A stretch of DNA of 64,000 nucleotides from Eledone cirrhosa (taxonomy: Eukaryota), in assembly GCA_964016885.1 (NCBI GenBank), contig OZ024740.1:329158001-329222000 (forward strand), in the 5' to 3' direction. Below are positions 40,953 through 54,221 of the stretch, piece after piece; position 1 is the stretch's first letter; every line of letters starts with the position of its first letter. The notes under the pieces are model-generated. The model was not told where the DNA came from and ran no database searches. It was given only the letters and a program-made list of their open reading frames with translations. The position numbers and the translations under genes were made by a program.

Positions 40953-41176
40953 AATGAGATTAAAAACCTTTTTTGCATAGCAAACCGTGTCACTCTTCTT
41001 TACTCATTTATCATTACTCCAAGTGTTCACAACATAGAAATCACCGCGTACTCGCAGTATCACTATGGAAACGCCTTGTTGAGTCAAAATTAGCCAAGCG
41101 TTGATATCATCCACTACTCGGTTACCCTAACTGGACTACACCTAAGGGGACTACCTATAACAATAATCTGTTATCC

Positions 41177-41214
<38 letters not shown>

Positions 41215-41240
41215 ATTATATGTATATATATATATGTATA

Positions 41241-41340
<100 letters not shown>

Positions 41341-42139
41341 TATATACATATATATATACATATATATATATATATATTGACTTAGGAAGAAGTATCATGT
41401 TTTTTTTATTAACATTTAGTGGTGCCTCCAAGGCTAATAGAATGGAGACAGACGTTTCTACACTGGGTACCTTGGCTAAACACATACATTAATGTGGAAC
41501 CCACTAAATGTAGCACAGGTCTAGCTGGTGGTGGTGGCTATATCACCCTTTCAAACAAAGGGATTTGCACTCATATTACAAATAACTGATACGAATAAAT
41601 TTAGGCCTACTATATGTACTTTGTTGTTATATATTTAGGTGCATTTGTATACTGTAAAAAAATGATTCGTTCTGGATTTTTAGTTATCTCTGTCTTGACG
41701 CAACCGGAGAAAAACCAATACAGTGTATTGAACTGACCTCATTACTAGACCCCTATACATATCAATTCCCCTCTTCTAACACTAATAAACTATAAATGTT
41801 CGTTGTTAGGTACATTAAGTAGAAATAACGAATGTTTAGGTTAGGGAGGTGATAACGGACATGATGTTAAGTTTTAGGATGGATATTAAGAAACATGTAG
41901 AAGCAGTTCTGTTCAGTATCTACAATGTCGACACATGTAATTCTAAATTCAAAAGAAATGAACATATATATTCACTCTAGCAAGACCTATTTAGCATATA
42001 GTACAAAGGATAAAGATCCCATAACCCCTTGTGGAGTTGTAGAGGCACCATCATACGGCGTGTCTAGGATACTTTTTAATCTGGCGGATCTCAACCCCCT
42101 CCAGGTCTGAACATAACCGATTTTTTCTATAGAGGAAGA

Positions 42140-42298
42140 ATCGATTCCAGTACTTGGCTGGTACTTTTTTATCGACCTCGAAAGGATGAAAGGCAAAGTT
42201 GACCTCGGCGTTATTTGAACTCAGAGTGTGCAAAGAGGTTGGATGTATATTGTAAAGCATTCTATCTGACGTCATAGCGACTCTGCCAATTCGCCGCC
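42140..42298 (-). mobile_element. tRNA-derived Nin/Deu-like SINE
   Basis: Plus strand CTGGTACTTTTTTATCGACCTCGAAAGGATGAAAGGCAAAGTTGACCTCGGCG...TTTGAACTCAG. Confidence 0.8.
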
Positions 42299-43142
42299 TA
42301 AAGTTAGCATATACGTTTGTGCGAATGAAAAAATGGTAGGCCATGTTCTATTCTTTGGAGAGAAAATAACGATCGGAGCATTTTATCTTGCCCTAAACTA
42401 AACAATTTACAATACTAAAGAAAATTAATATCAAATTGTAACTATGAACGCAGATGGAATTCTAGCAAAACACAACCACAAATTGACTGCTAATTGCCTT
42501 GAGTGAGTGGCTGACTACTATATATTACACTATGCGAACTACAAGGGTAACTTACTAGAAATCTCATAGTAATAAATTAACTTGTCGACTGCTTATAAAT
42601 ATAATCATCTACTACTACACTAGAAATTTGATATAAATTTCACATACACACACGAACGTACACCCATGCACACACACACACACACCATTGTATATATATA
42701 TATATATGTCTGTGTGTGTGTGTGTGAAGATTTTACGCTAGGCATGCCGTTTCGGAATGGGCTTTGCTGAGAAAACAGTGAATGATGCAAAGTAAACATT
42801 TTTGGTATTTATCCGTACATAGATGAACACAAAATATTACTCATATATTGGGAAACATATAGTGTCCTCATGAAAGTAAATATACACCTATGATTCAGTG
42901 TATGCAGGAATATAATTATACCACTTTATATTAGAAAAATTATCGGAAATCTTCAAGTATTTCCATGGTGTGCACACATTTGATTACGCAATTAAATAGA
43001 TAATAAATTCTGATAATCAATCATGCGAATATTTAATGATTTTAAGGTATATTTACTACAGATATATCAATGCTCATGACGGAGAATAGAGATCAGTGTC
43101 AGTGATGACTGAAATTTCTAGAGTTGCATCCACACACACAAA

Positions 43143-43185
<43 letters not shown>

Positions 43186-43739
43186 AACCATAATACATAA
43201 TCTCCCGCCGAAAAAATATAGCTTCAATAAAAGTACGTTTTCAGTTTCATTACAAAATTTTTGACACGGAATCAGAAATCATATTAGAAAGAAAAGAGAA
43301 GCCATAACATTAAATAACAAAACCAAGATAAGTATATAAAGGAACATAAAACAAGACTAATAAAGCAACGATAAGAATGACTACATCAACATCAAAATGT
43401 ACGTATGCAACAATAGAAAGTAGTAATACAACAAAACAAGAAAAGAATAATAATCAAGAAATAAAAACAAAATTTTGGTAAGTTAATTTCATTTTGTTAC
43501 ATGAGACAATTCAGACATCGTTTCACTTAGAAGATTTCATTGATGCTGGCAAAGGTGAATTTAATTTGTTCCATCTAATAGCTGATAACTGATGTATTGT
43601 TTTCTCTTTTCTTTACCTCCGGTAAGAAAAAGGAACTTTTTAAAAGCAGTAAATCAAATACAAACTGAGTAATATCGAAACCTACATTTCTACTGTACAT
43701 ATATATATATGGAAAGATAAATGCACACAATTTACTCAG

Positions 43740-43876
<137 letters not shown>

Positions 43877-43961
43877 GAGGTTATATTTAATTTGTTGGGA
43901 TAAAATAAGCTTAAACATATTTTTATAACTGATATAAAGCACTCAACAGTTGTTGGAATAA

Positions 43962-44315
43962 ATATACAATATATTAACAAATGGAAACTATATTTATAAA
44001 ACCATATTTATTTTATTATACATATTTCAAGGGCCACCAAGGTAAATTATGGTGCGCTTTCATCAGATTAAATACAATAGAGATTAGTTTTATAAATAAA
44101 TATTGACATACCCTGAAAAAAGAATATCCAGGAAGCTCCAACCGTTAAGATTGTCTTTTTTCAGGATATGTCAATATTTATTTATAAAACTAATCTGTAT
44201 TGTATTTTATCTGATGAAAGCGCACAATAATATGCCTTGGTGGCTCTTGAAATATGTATAATAAAATAAATATGGTTTTATAAATATAGTTTCCATTTGT
44301 TAATATATTGTATAT
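43962..44315. repeat. Foldback (~160-bp arms) carrying an HHR in each arm
   Basis: Arms are reverse complements around a ~30-bp spacer at ~44125-44150. Confidence 0.85.
44203..44268 (+). ncRNA. Type I hammerhead ribozyme
   Basis: TATTTTAT-CTGATGA-AAG...CTT-GAAA-TATGTA-TA-ATAAAATA; 8-bp stem I. Confidence 0.7.
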
Positions 44316-44331
44316 ATATATATATATATAT

Positions 44332-44632
44332 ATATAGTGTATTTTGAAATACTCTGTATTAAAAGTATTTTGAAGACCTTACGCTATTGTTTTAAAGTAG
44401 TGACTATGTCACTTACTTCTTTTTTCAACAAACAAAGCGAGATAAGCTGACAGATCACTGTTTCATACTGTTGGTATTACTGTTGGTATGAAACAGAGAT
44501 CTGTCAGCTTATCTCCCTTTGTTTGTTGAAAAAAGAAGTAAGTGACATAGTCACTACTTTAAAACAATACAGTAAGGTGTTCAAAATGCTTTTAATTAAG
44601 CATACAGTGTATTGCAAAATACACTGTATATA
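44332..44632. repeat. Foldback (~140-bp arms) containing only an HHR 3' half
   Basis: Arms are reverse complements around ~44478; right arm starts GTAT-GAAA-CAGAGATCTG-TC-AGC. Confidence 0.8.
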
Positions 44633-44673
44633 CATTCATGTATATATATCGCTATTTCAGATCACCAATTCTA

Positions 44674-44704
<31 letters not shown>

Positions 44705-44761
44705 TATATATGTATATATGCATAAATATATGTATGTATGTACATATATATATATATGTAC

Positions 44762-44857
<96 letters not shown>

Positions 44858-45605
44858 TTATATACATATATAGATATACATATATATATATACACACACA
44901 CTCATATATATATGTATATATATATGTATATATATATATATATATATCCAAAATTAAATTAAGGTTGTCATGTCTGAGAGACATGCACCATATTCACTGC
45001 AGAATTAGCTCAAAGATTCCAATGAATAGTTCCGAGCATTTTATCAACGAGAAATAGATTGACACATATATATATATATATAAAATAAACAGATGAAAGA
45101 ATCTCAGGGAATAATTTGAAAAGTGTGTAAGCACACATAGCTAGGTAGGTAACCAATTAAAGTTTAACTAGAACTTCAAATATATATACCTTTTAAACTG
45201 ATTAATCTCCTTTGTATATATTTCTTTAAATAAAAAATATATTTCACCAATTAACCAGTAAATCACAGCGGTCAAATCCCGGATGGTCACCAAACGAGAA
45301 GATCCAACCATCTGCGTTTATACAGCAAATGCAAATCTGTGAATGTCTCGGGCCACGTGTTGCATTTTATTAAAAAAATACAGACATCGCAACACGTCAT
45401 CCCAGTGGCGTGAATAGGATTATCGACAGCTAGAAATAGCAGCCGAGTCCATTCAACTGATTAGCTCTACAATCAAGAGGCCGTATATATATCCAAAATT
45501 AAATTAAGGTTGTCATGTCTAAGAGACATGCACCATATTCACTGCAGAATAAGCTCGAAGATTCCAATAAATAGATCCGAGCATTTTATCAACTAGAAAT
45601 AGATT

Positions 45606-45733
<128 letters not shown>

Positions 45734-46037
45734 CAAACACACCGAGCATTATAATAAATGTTCGGTGAATCCATACGTACATATATTTATGTGTGCATGT
45801 ATGTATATACATATACATACTACTGCACGTCTGTATACATATATGTATGTACGTGTACATACTTATATTTAAGTAACAGCCGTGCTAAGAGTGGGAAATA
45901 AAATTTCGTTTCATTTTTCCTGTTTATCGTATTCGGTGCACCCGGCCGATTAACCCACTCGATATGCAAATTGGGCTACTCAGCTGTTAATATGCATAAG
46001 GTAAGTATATACGTTCAACAATCTGGCAGGAAGGTAT

Positions 46038-46080
46038 ACGTTGCTGATGATAGCTAATAAGCTTGAAACTAGTACAGCGT
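46038..46080 (+). ncRNA. Type I hammerhead ribozyme (family A)
   Basis: ACGTTG-CTGATGA-TAGCtaataaGCTT-GAAA-CTAG-TA-CAGCGT; GUA site, cleavage predicted after 46074. Confidence 0.88.
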
Positions 46081-46457
46081 TCCTTTGTCAGTGTTGAACA
46101 AACGAGCAACGATGGTTGCTGGACACTACGGCTTAATACGGGATGTTTGTTTACAAACACACCGAGCATTATAATAAATGTTCGGTGAATCCATACGTAC
46201 ATATATATATGTGTGCATGTATGTATATACATATACATACTACTGCACGTCTTTATACATATATGTATGTACGTGTACATACTTATATTTAAGTAACAGC
46301 CGTACTAAGAGTGGGAAATGAAATTTCGTTTCATTTTTCCTGTTTATCGTATTCGGTGCACCCGGCCGATTAACCCACTCGATATGCAAATTGGGCTACT
46401 CAGCCGTTAATATGCATAAGGTAAGTATATACGTTCAACAATCTGGCAGGAAGGTAT

Positions 46458-46500
46458 ACGTTGCTGATGATAGCTAATAAGCTTGAAACTAGTACAGCGT
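46458..46500 (+). ncRNA. Type I hammerhead ribozyme (family A), second tandem copy
   Basis: Identical to 46038-46080; cleavage predicted after 46494. Confidence 0.88.
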
Positions 46501-46759
46501 TCCTTTGTCAGTGTTGAACAAACGAGCAACGATGGTTGCTGGACACTACGGCTTAATACGGGATGTTTGTTTACAAACACACCGAGCATTATAATAAATG
46601 TTCGGTGAATCCATACGTACATATATATATGTGTGCATGTATGTATATACATATACATACTACTGTACGTCTGTATATATATATGTATGTACGTGTACAT
46701 ACTTATATTTAAGTAACAGCCGTACTAAGAGTGGGAAATGAAATTTCGTTTCATTTTTC

Positions 46760-46823
<64 letters not shown>

Positions 46824-46995
46824 AACACATGAAACAATCTCGGGGCATAATTTGTAAAGTGTGTAAGCACACATAGCTAGGTAGGTAACTATTTAAAGTT
46901 TAACTAGAACTTCTAATATAGATACCTTTTACAAATTATTCCCTGATATTGTTTCATGTGTTTATTTTATATATATATATGTCAATCTATATCTA

Positions 46996-47071
<76 letters not shown>

Positions 47072-47224
47072 TTATTTATTTAGGTCTGAAGGTTCACCAC
47101 TGGACAATTCCGTATGGTCAATCTTGATGTAATAATATGGAGAGTACTCAACGTAAATCAGCTTAACCGTCTTCGTTTTCAGCCCCATGGATTTTATCTG
47201 TTACATTCATTTATTATATTTCGA

Positions 47225-47282
47225 ATACCTGATGATATCACCGGATTCATACGGAACCCGGTCATTGAAATGATCATAGTAT
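47225..47282 (+). ncRNA. Type I hammerhead ribozyme
   Basis: ATAC-CTGATGA-TATCACCGG...CCGGTCATT-GAAA-TGATCA-TA-GTAT. Confidence 0.7.
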
Positions 47283-47351
47283 AATAAACCTTTCAAGGAT
47301 TTACACAAGTCCAGCCTCCTGTTATTTTATTATAATATATATATATATATA

Positions 47352-47706
47352 TAAGTATGTATGTATGTATGTATACGTACATTCATATATGTATACAGAC
47401 GTACAGTAGTATGTATATATATACACACATGCACACCTATATATATGCACGTATTACCCGAATTACGCCGTACAGTGTTTAGGCGTAATTCGAGCTGTTT
47501 GTTTGTTTACAAACAAACAAACCGAGCATTATAATAAATGTTCGGTAAACCGATACGTGCATACATATATATGTGTGCATGTGTGTATATATGTACATAC
47601 TACTGTATGTCTGTATACATATATGTATGTACGTATACATACATACTTACATTTAAGTAAGTGCCGTACTAAGAGTGAGAAATTAAATTTCGTTTCATTC
47701 TATTCT
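47352..47706 (+). mobile_element. Truncated family A copy with inverted 5' arm (no HHR retained)
   Basis: 47352-47455 is the reverse complement of ~47550-47650; ends at AAATTTCGTTTCATT then (TA)n. Confidence 0.75.
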
Positions 47707-47732
47707 ATATATATATACATATATATATATAC

Positions 47733-47779
<47 letters not shown>

Positions 47780-47861
47780 ATTAAGATAAACGGAACAAGT
47801 AAAGTTCAAATAATCTTTCAAAATAAATTCAAAAAATAATTTAATATTTACCTATCCATAT

Positions 47862-47942
47862 TGCTTTCACCGACGGTTTCGCCTCACAAAAGATTGGAAA
47901 TCCGAGGGACTTCCAATGGAAAGTTCAGCTTTTCAGAAAGCA
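47862..47942 (-). ncRNA. Hammerhead-like fold with CUGAAAA core
   Basis: Minus strand TGCTTT-CTGAAAA-GC...TTGGAAGTCCctcGGATTTCCAA...GC-GAAA-CCG-TC-GGTGAAAGCA. Confidence 0.5.
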
Positions 47943-48120
47943 TTTTCCCTTACATAGGACATCCAGTCCTACAGCCGCCAAATATATTGCCTTCAGCCAG
48001 CTAGTACAGGATTGAATGGGGCGGTAAACGTGACTTACACGTGAACTGGTCGTTAGTAGAAGCGAGAGTAGCATAGACGTATTGTCTACCACACCACTAA
48101 AAATAGCAGCTAGGTAAACA

Positions 48121-48160
<40 letters not shown>

Positions 48161-48388
48161 TGTTTACCTAGTTTACCTAATCTTTCGTTAACTACTTTTC
48201 CCATCTTGACGTTATAGTCGCATATATGTTATAGAATGCCGTTAGCTTCTTGCTAAAACAATCTCTATACCTCTCATTTATATATATATATATATATATG
48301 TGTGTAGCTGAATGCCTAGTTGTAGTCTAGACGCCACATTGAATTAAAGGTGCCACAACGGGTTAAATGTATAGAATAATAACATTAG

Positions 48389-48577
48389 GGCGGGGGGTTA
48401 GCAGTATCAGTAGAGGGTCGGAGGTCATGCTCTGACGCATAGAATTACGGCCCTTTCCATTCTGAGTTCAAATCCCGCCGAGGTCAACTTTTCCTTTCAT
48501 CCTTACGGGGTCGATAAAATAAAGTACCAGTAATGTACTGGGATATTGCTTGCCTTGTGCCAAAAGTAGAAACAATT
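48389..48577 (+). mobile_element. tRNA-derived Nin/Deu-like SINE
   Basis: GAGTTCAAATCCCGCCGAGGTCAAC...TTTCATCCTTACGGGGTCGATAAAATAAAGTACCAGT. Confidence 0.88.
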
Positions 48578-49347
48578 ACATATTACTTCAAAATAAATAT
48601 GATTCGTTACTGATTCATATATATCTAAGTCAATACAACGTTTCTGAAAGGTACAGCGCTAAATAATCGAATCTGTAATAAATCATATTCATTGAATGTA
48701 ATTCAAACATGCATGTATGTATTCTTAATTGATTCCGTCTCATCATGGTGACGTGAAACTAGAAGTGACCTCACCAAAAGGACACCTCCACATTTGTCCC
48801 TGGCAGCTTCGCATATTTCACTCCTTTTAACTCGGATGTGAGGACTAGAGCAACAAGCAATATTATTAATATATTGTAGCTGTCTACCTCTGTTTCTATG
48901 CTCAGGTTGTGGGACATATATACAGTATTGCTGAATTAAATATTCCTTGCTTCTTTTTATAGAATATTCAAAGAACGATAACCTCCGCCAAACCACTGTG
49001 TTACCGAATGCGCAGTCACATGTTTACTCGTATATATATTGATTGGCGATATTTTCTGTTCTGCCGTTGTTAAGATTCACATACAGTGAAATAGAAAGAC
49101 ATTGATTTTCTTCTCTAGTGGCTTTATGTTGGCGAACGACTCAGTTGCATAGAAGAGAATAGAGAAGACTGTTAACCTTACTGGGTAGTAATATTATATA
49201 CTAGACCAACCGATTTAAAAAGAAATCATGTTCAATTAAAAATAATTTTTGAATAATTAAAATATACACAGACATGTATATAATGTGTAATGAAACTAGA
49301 TTTCCCATATATATACGTGTGTGTATGCATATACATATATATGTGTA

Positions 49348-49384
<37 letters not shown>

Positions 49385-49482
49385 TTTTATGTGTATGTAT
49401 ATATATATGGGTGTCAGTGATCGATATGCACTGGTCATAGACACACACATATACACACACACATATATACACACACTCACAC

Positions 49483-49568
<86 letters not shown>

Positions 49569-49694
49569 TTATATATAGGTGTGTGTGTGTAAATGTGTCT
49601 GTGTGTCTGTGCGTGTATGTGTGTATGTGTGTGCGTGTGTCTGTGTCTGTGTGAGCTCGTGTGTGTATGTGTGTATGTTTATATATACACATAG

Positions 49695-51146
49695 ATACAA
49701 AAATAACACCAAATACAACCACGGTAATTTACCAAATTCCACAAATAAGGATACTAACCATAGGAATTCTTCTAGAACACAACACAATAATATAAGTGGT
49801 AATAAGAACTTAACTAAAAACCGCAAAAGAAACATGACATGGTACAACGCACCCTTCAACCTGCAAACTATTGGACAAATCCCCCCAAAATTCTGTGAAA
49901 TTCTACATAAACATTTTCCACCAAACCACAGATACCACCAAATATTTAATAAATATACTGTTAAATTCTCATACTCTACATCAAGCAATCTCCAGCAAAA
50001 AATATGCAACTACAACATTTATAAACTTTAAAATAATATGTCTACACCACCACAACATAATTTAAATAGGACTGCACATTTTAAAAAGGCAAATAATACA
50101 ATCCTTCAACCTAGAAAATACAACCACCCAAATCACCAAAACAAAAACAACAGAACACAAAATCACAATACAACCCTAGCACCAAACCACCCACAAAGCA
50201 ACCTTCATTCTCCTGCTATCATTAATTACAATAGGAATAGCTCAAGGATTAATGAGAATAGTATAGCCACCCCAACAATCATCTTACGTATGGCTGTAAT
50301 TGCAGAAATAGAAGCATTTTCCCCTTAAATGGCAAGTATTTTATTAATAATGTAATATATAAATGCACTGTGTCTACTACAGGCTCCAACAAAACATATA
50401 GGATCTACATCAAATACATTTAAGAAAAGATTTTACGCATACTCTAGTAGTTTCAACAATACTAAACTAGCTAACACCACATCTTTAGCTGAAGCGGTAA
50501 ATAATTAAAAAAAGAAAAAAATAGATTTCAAGTTATCGTGGAACACCATTCAACAAAGAACTCCATATCTTGGGAACAGGAGGGAATGCAGATTATGTTC
50601 AGGGGAGATTTTGGAAATTACTAAATCTAAGGACGATTTATTAAATAAAAGGCAGGAACTGGTCATAGTTTGTAATCACCGTATACGAAGAACATTTAAT
50701 ACTATAAACCTAATTAAATACTATGAACCTAATTAAATATTCTAAATACCAACTCACTATAATTCTATATAGAGTAACATTTATTAGTACCCCTTTCCCC
50801 TAATTATATGCATTTATGCTTATGTTTTACCTTTTAATGTTTTAGCTTCCTTAGGTTTATGCGTTATTGACTAAAGGCAACAAGGTACACAACCACCCGT
50901 AATTGCATGAGTAAATATATATCTATGTATGATATGGACATATATTTATGTGTCTGTATATATATATATATATTTGTATGTGTATATATGTATGTATATA
51001 TATATGTATATGTATGTGTGTGTCTGTATGTGTATATATATAGGTGTGTGTGTGTGTGTGTATATGTGAGTTTAGGTGTATGAGTGTTTATATATGAGTA
51101 TGTGTACATGTATGAGGAGTGTATATACACACACATATATATATGT

Positions 51147-51181
<35 letters not shown>

Positions 51182-51186
51182 TTATG

Positions 51187-51237
<51 letters not shown>

Positions 51238-52160
51238 ATGTGTGTATATATATGTATATATGTGGGTATAAGTGTGTATGTGTGGATATATATATGTATG
51301 GATATGTGTGTATATGATTATGTGCATATGTGCAAATGTGTATTTAGGTTTGCATCTATTTGTGCGTAGGTATATTTTTGGTTGGATATCAATATAACTG
51401 TACATCTCTCTATATATATAGTGTGGTAATATGCACTTTGTAATCTATGAAATTTATGTGTTTTAACTATGCCAACATGTATTTATCTGAGTTTGATTAT
51501 TTATGCATATACATACTTGATAGTATTTAAGAGCGTATCATATGCTGTATTACACTAAGTGCAATTTAACACACCGTACTATATTGTGTTGGTTAAGTTG
51601 TATATTCTCGCATTACTGTATTTCATTACCGTATTATAATTTTCAGCTTTTAATATACTATCTTTCCTAACCATAACCTTAATTTATATTCACCTAAAAA
51701 CTCAATACAACACTAATCACCATTTATTTTGACATTCTTTTTAACTTCATTATACCAGATACATTCAACTATCAGTTTGACAATCCCTTTCCTCCTATTC
51801 TACTATTAACACCATTCAACCATTCCTTTCAAAGAGTCATGACCTCAACTAACGTGAATTACTTTTCATCTTAACACCATATGAAAAAAAACAATTTGAT
51901 TCGTTAGTTCTTGAACTACATCCAAATAAGGACATGATACTAACATACTACTAATTCTGAATAAAATTATTATTGCTTTTGAAAACAGCTGGTGATATGC
52001 ATGTAAGTAAATATTCTCTTTATCTGATATTTTGTAACTAACCTTATATAGATCAATAACGGAGTATAGCTACAATGTATAATCATCATTTAGAAACGAT
52101 CGTAAAGCAGTGAAGTATATCTCTAATGACTTAATTTTTTATTTCATTGTTTTAACTTAT
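49695..52160 (+). mobile_element. Decayed Hydra-like PLE 3' portion (thumb, linker and GIY-YIG at ~49810-50715, plus long 3' UTR)
   Basis: RKRNMTWYNAPFN...ILHKHFPPNHRYHQIFNKYTVKFSYST matches the 693-aa ORF (RSRNVTWFNPP...HFPLQHRYHNIINKNTIKLSYST). Later GCNCRNRS..PLNG..NNVIYKCTV and CRLC..E..LLNKRQELVIVCNHR. Residual GAAACGATCGTA at ~52092. Confidence 0.85.
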
Positions 52161-53259
52161 ATATATACATATGTATATACAGGCCGATTATCTGGCACCC
52201 TAAGCGAAGTTAGATTCGGGCGCCTTTTCCCCTCAAAATATCAATATAGACAATAAACTTTAAACACATTTTTTTTCAAATTTTGAACACAGACCAAAGA
52301 TATTTTTTTTGAAAAACTACAACTCTGTGTTCAAATGTCCGTGCACTCCACAAAAAGCACTACTTGATTCTATTTAATTTGCAAAATTAGACAATAATAA
52401 ACAAACATAAATATTTACATTATTGATGAACTATCAGCATAATGGATAGTTGAACAGAGGCTCAATACTAAACAGGGGCGATGGAAGGGGGCAGACTATA
52501 ATGTTTTTCTCAGTAAACTACCGAAACACGTTTATTTGTATATGCGCTATAATTTATGTATATATTATGTAGAAACAGATGGGTGAGATAGATATAGATA
52601 TAGAGAGGGGGAGAGTTTGGCAGACATTGATATAGAGAGGAAAAATGGAAGAGTGTTGTATGGTAGATATAGAGTTTGGTTTTAGTAGATAGAGAAAGGG
52701 GGATTAAATGTGAGTTTTGTGTGAAAGACATAGAGCGGAGAGTTTGGTGGTACTCTTGGTTCCCAAATGACAGGAGAAGCGGCAATAATGGGGGGGGGGG
52801 GGGTCTTGTGAAATCAGTAATTGATAGCGGACGTTCTTAAATATAGGATCTCTTGTAATGTTCTTGTCATATATAATGTTTTTTTAATGTAAAATAAATT
52901 ATTATCAGATTCTCCAGCTGCTGTATCAATATGAATCACAATAAAATTTCGTTCGATATAGATTAGCAAAATGTAATAAGCGGGTGAGGAGCGGTGGAAT
53001 AAGAACTAGGGCGGGGTCTGACAAATTAATAAACGGGGGTGGTGACGATTATGCAAAACCTAAGAGTACGGGAATTATTGACGGACGTAAGAATGAAGAC
53101 TCAATACCGAAGTAGAGTTTAAATATTCATTTATTATGGCTAAGCCTTCTTACTCTGGAGTCTCTCCTGCGTACTCCCCAGACACGACTAATGATCCTGT
53201 GAGTGCTCAGGTGAAACTTTAGAGTAACAAAGCTCACCAATAGGCATAATAAATGAATG

Positions 53260-53306
<47 letters not shown>

Positions 53307-53486
53307 CGTTAACTACTTTTCCCATCTTGACGTTATAGTCGCATATATGTTATAGAATACTATTAGCTTCTCGCTAAAACAATCTCTATACTTAAAACCC
53401 CCACCTACCCCCCACTCTCCTGAGCGTGAATTTAATAAACATTTATTGTACTGCCTCTCTGTTCTGTCCCTGTTCAAATTTTTCAT

Positions 53487-53518
<32 letters not shown>

Positions 53519-53525
<7 letters not shown>

Positions 53526-53855
53526 AATGAATAATAACAGGTAGACATCATAAAAAGGTAATTTATTCTGTGTGCTTACAAATGTTTCCACGGTGGTTGT
53601 ACAGCCTAGTTATGCTATGTGAAAATTTACAACTATTTGCAAAACTCAATTATCAAATACTGTGACCACTGTATCACCAGAGCAGAATTCTGCTCTGATG
53701 ATTACGTGGTCACAACATTTGATAATTGAGTTTTGCAAATAGTTGTAAATTTTCACATAGCATAACCAGGCTGTACAACGACCGTGGAAACATTTGTAAG
53801 CACACAGAATAAATTACCTTTTTATGATGTCTACCTGTTATTATTCATTCTTTAT
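53519..53855. repeat. Spacer-less palindrome centred on GAATTC (53685-53690) with an HHR in each arm
   Basis: CAGAGCAGAATTCTGCTCTG centre; ~168-bp arms. Confidence 0.9.
53691..53802 (+). ncRNA. Type I hammerhead ribozyme with extended stem II
   Basis: TGCT-CTGATGA-TTACGTGGTC...GACCGTG-GAAA-CATTTG-TA-AGCA. Confidence 0.7.
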
Positions 53856-53995
53856 CTACACTCCAGAATACAGAAGGATCAGGAACTGAGTTTCTTCAAC
53901 AATTCTTCCATAACTCGTTGAGTAACCTCTCACCGTACGTCAACTCTATCCAGTGTAGTAATTAACCATTACTTTCATCTAAGATAATATTATAC

Positions 53996-54094
<99 letters not shown>

Positions 54095-54134
54095 TAAAAG
54101 GACGATTGATTATTCCTTCATTGCATTTATTGAT

Positions 54135-54221
54135 AGGTGACGCGCGTTTCGCCACGGATCAGCTCAAGGTTCGATCTATATCGATCCTACTCGACTCAAT
54201 AATCCGCAGCTCGACGGACCC
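54135..54221 (-). ncRNA. Hammerhead-like fold with CCGUCGA core
   Basis: Minus strand GGGT-CCGTCGA-GCTGCGGAT...ATCCGTGGC-GAAA-CGCGCG-TC-ACCT, followed by AATAAA and a microsatellite. Confidence 0.55.

Noticed and set aside
45963-45972. Octamer ATGCAAAT in the retrozyme monomers as an snRNA-type enhancer
   Set aside because: It forms one arm of a conserved hairpin and I found no PSE or snRNA body; cannot be supported as a promoter.
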